From Lophium mytilinum (lineage: Eukaryota): DNA of 64,000 bases. Within the stretch, counting starts at the first letter, position 1. Every line of letters starts with the position of its first letter. The translations under genes were made by a program, and so were the position numbers. Positions 63,162 through 64,000 of this stretch are shown piece by piece. The notes below the pieces were generated by a model. It saw only the letters and a program-made list of their open reading frames with translations, was not told the origin of the DNA and made no database searches. Where the stretch lies: contig MU004193.1 in assembly GCA_010093605.1 (NCBI GenBank), forward strand, positions 186,001 to 250,000. The letters run 5' to 3'.

Positions 63162-64000
63162 TCAAGACCCAGCTTGCCGATTCCAGCTCATACCCACTGC
63201 TTCAACTCTCGCCTTAACCTCCTCGCCTAACCTCACGCCCACCATCCTCACAACCTCATCCGTACTCCCAATCCACTTCTCTACCATCGCCCTCGTCTTC
63301 TCAACAGCCTCTTTATCACCCACCTTCCACCCCGGAACCGCCCTAATCAATTCATCCGCCAACTCAACCCTCAGATACCCCGCCACATCCACCTCTTTCA
63401 CATCAACATCTCCAACCGCCCACGCAACCCGCAGCCTATACTCCCCCGGACACAACAGCACCGCATCCTTCACTTTCTTGAAATCCTCATGATACCGCCT
63501 AGGGTGGGCGGTGGGGTGGGCGGGCGCAACCTCCCCAATAAACCCCACAACCCCCTCCGCAAACACCCGACACTTCTCCCCCTCCTCCTCGGGGGTGGGT
63601 GGCGTCGCCAGCAAACACGGATACGGCAGTAGTACCAGCCTCAGCTCCAGCGTCCCAGGTAGGTATGCAGGCACGCGCCGCGGATCTCGCTGCCACTCCT
63701 CCGTGCGTAGGCTATCGATATACGCAACCAGCTGCTCGATCAGCGGTCGCACGTTCGCCATCCACGCGCGCTTCCCGGCTTCGTTGGCGGTGGTTAGCGG
63801 GCGCAGGTCCGGCTCTAACGCCTTGGTGAATTTGCGGAACAGGCGGAAGTGCGGGTCGGGGTTAGGGAGCTGGAGGACTGCTTTTGCCTGCGCGATTAAC
63901 ATTTCCTGGATATCCGCGAGCGCGATGCCCTGATCAGCAGGGAGTTCGGTCGGCCGCCAGGGGCGAGTGAGGAGGGGGATGAGCTGGACATGCTGGAACA
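63162..64000 (-). CDS. Hypothetical protein, 5'-truncated by the window end
   Basis: Frame open from the window edge (FQHVQLIPLLTRPWRP...) to the stop at 63162; coding-like composition; no family recognised. Confidence 0.65.
   Translation of the reverse strand, partial: FQHVQLIPLLTRPWRPTELPADQGIALADIQEMLIAQAKAVLQLPNPDPHFRLFRKFTKALEPDLRPLTTANEAGKRAWMANVRPLIEQLVAYIDSLRTEEWQRDPRRVPAYLPGTLELRLVLLPYPCLLATPPTPEEEGEKCRVFAEGVVGFIGEVAPAHPTAHPRRYHEDFKKVKDAVLLCPGEYRLRVAWAVGDVDVKEVDVAGYLRVELADELIRAVPGWKVGDKEAVEKTRAMVEKWIGSTDEVVRMVGVRLGEEVKARVEAVGMSWNRQAGS

Noticed and set aside
1..64000. tRNA/rRNA genes, intact transposons, PKS/NRPS
   Set aside because: No cloverleaf, rDNA, DDE/RT/tyrosine-recombinase, KS or adenylation motifs recognised by eye; tRNAscan-SE, Infernal and HMMER would be needed to exclude them.

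Overview
Intron-containing genomic DNA from a filamentous ascomycete (GT-AG introns with CTAAC/CTRAY branch points, Zn2Cys6, HET and CFEM genes), carrying about 25 genes. The main signal is a compact ~17 kb sesquiterpenoid biosynthetic gene cluster (38330-55646). It contains an aristolochene-synthase-type terpene cyclase, three P450s, two SDRs, a secreted FAD oxidoreductase and a Zn2Cys6 regulator. Its SDR-cyclase-FAD oxidase-SDR-P450-P450 order recalls the Penicillium PR-toxin locus, but no acetyltransferase or GMC oxidase is visible, suggesting a different, unacylated eremophilane. To the left is an accessory-type region: DUF4267, PEBP, YTP1, two Zn2Cys6 TFs, two MFS transporters, a CFEM-PTH11 receptor, a P450, F-box/ankyrin, DUF6604, an intronless bacterial-looking alpha/beta hydrolase, and a HET gene followed by a decayed copy of itself. 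To the right are a bZIP TF and a truncated gene. No tRNA, rRNA, CRISPR array or intact transposon was recognised. Family calls come from motif recognition and recalled sequences, not database searches; splice sites were placed by eye.
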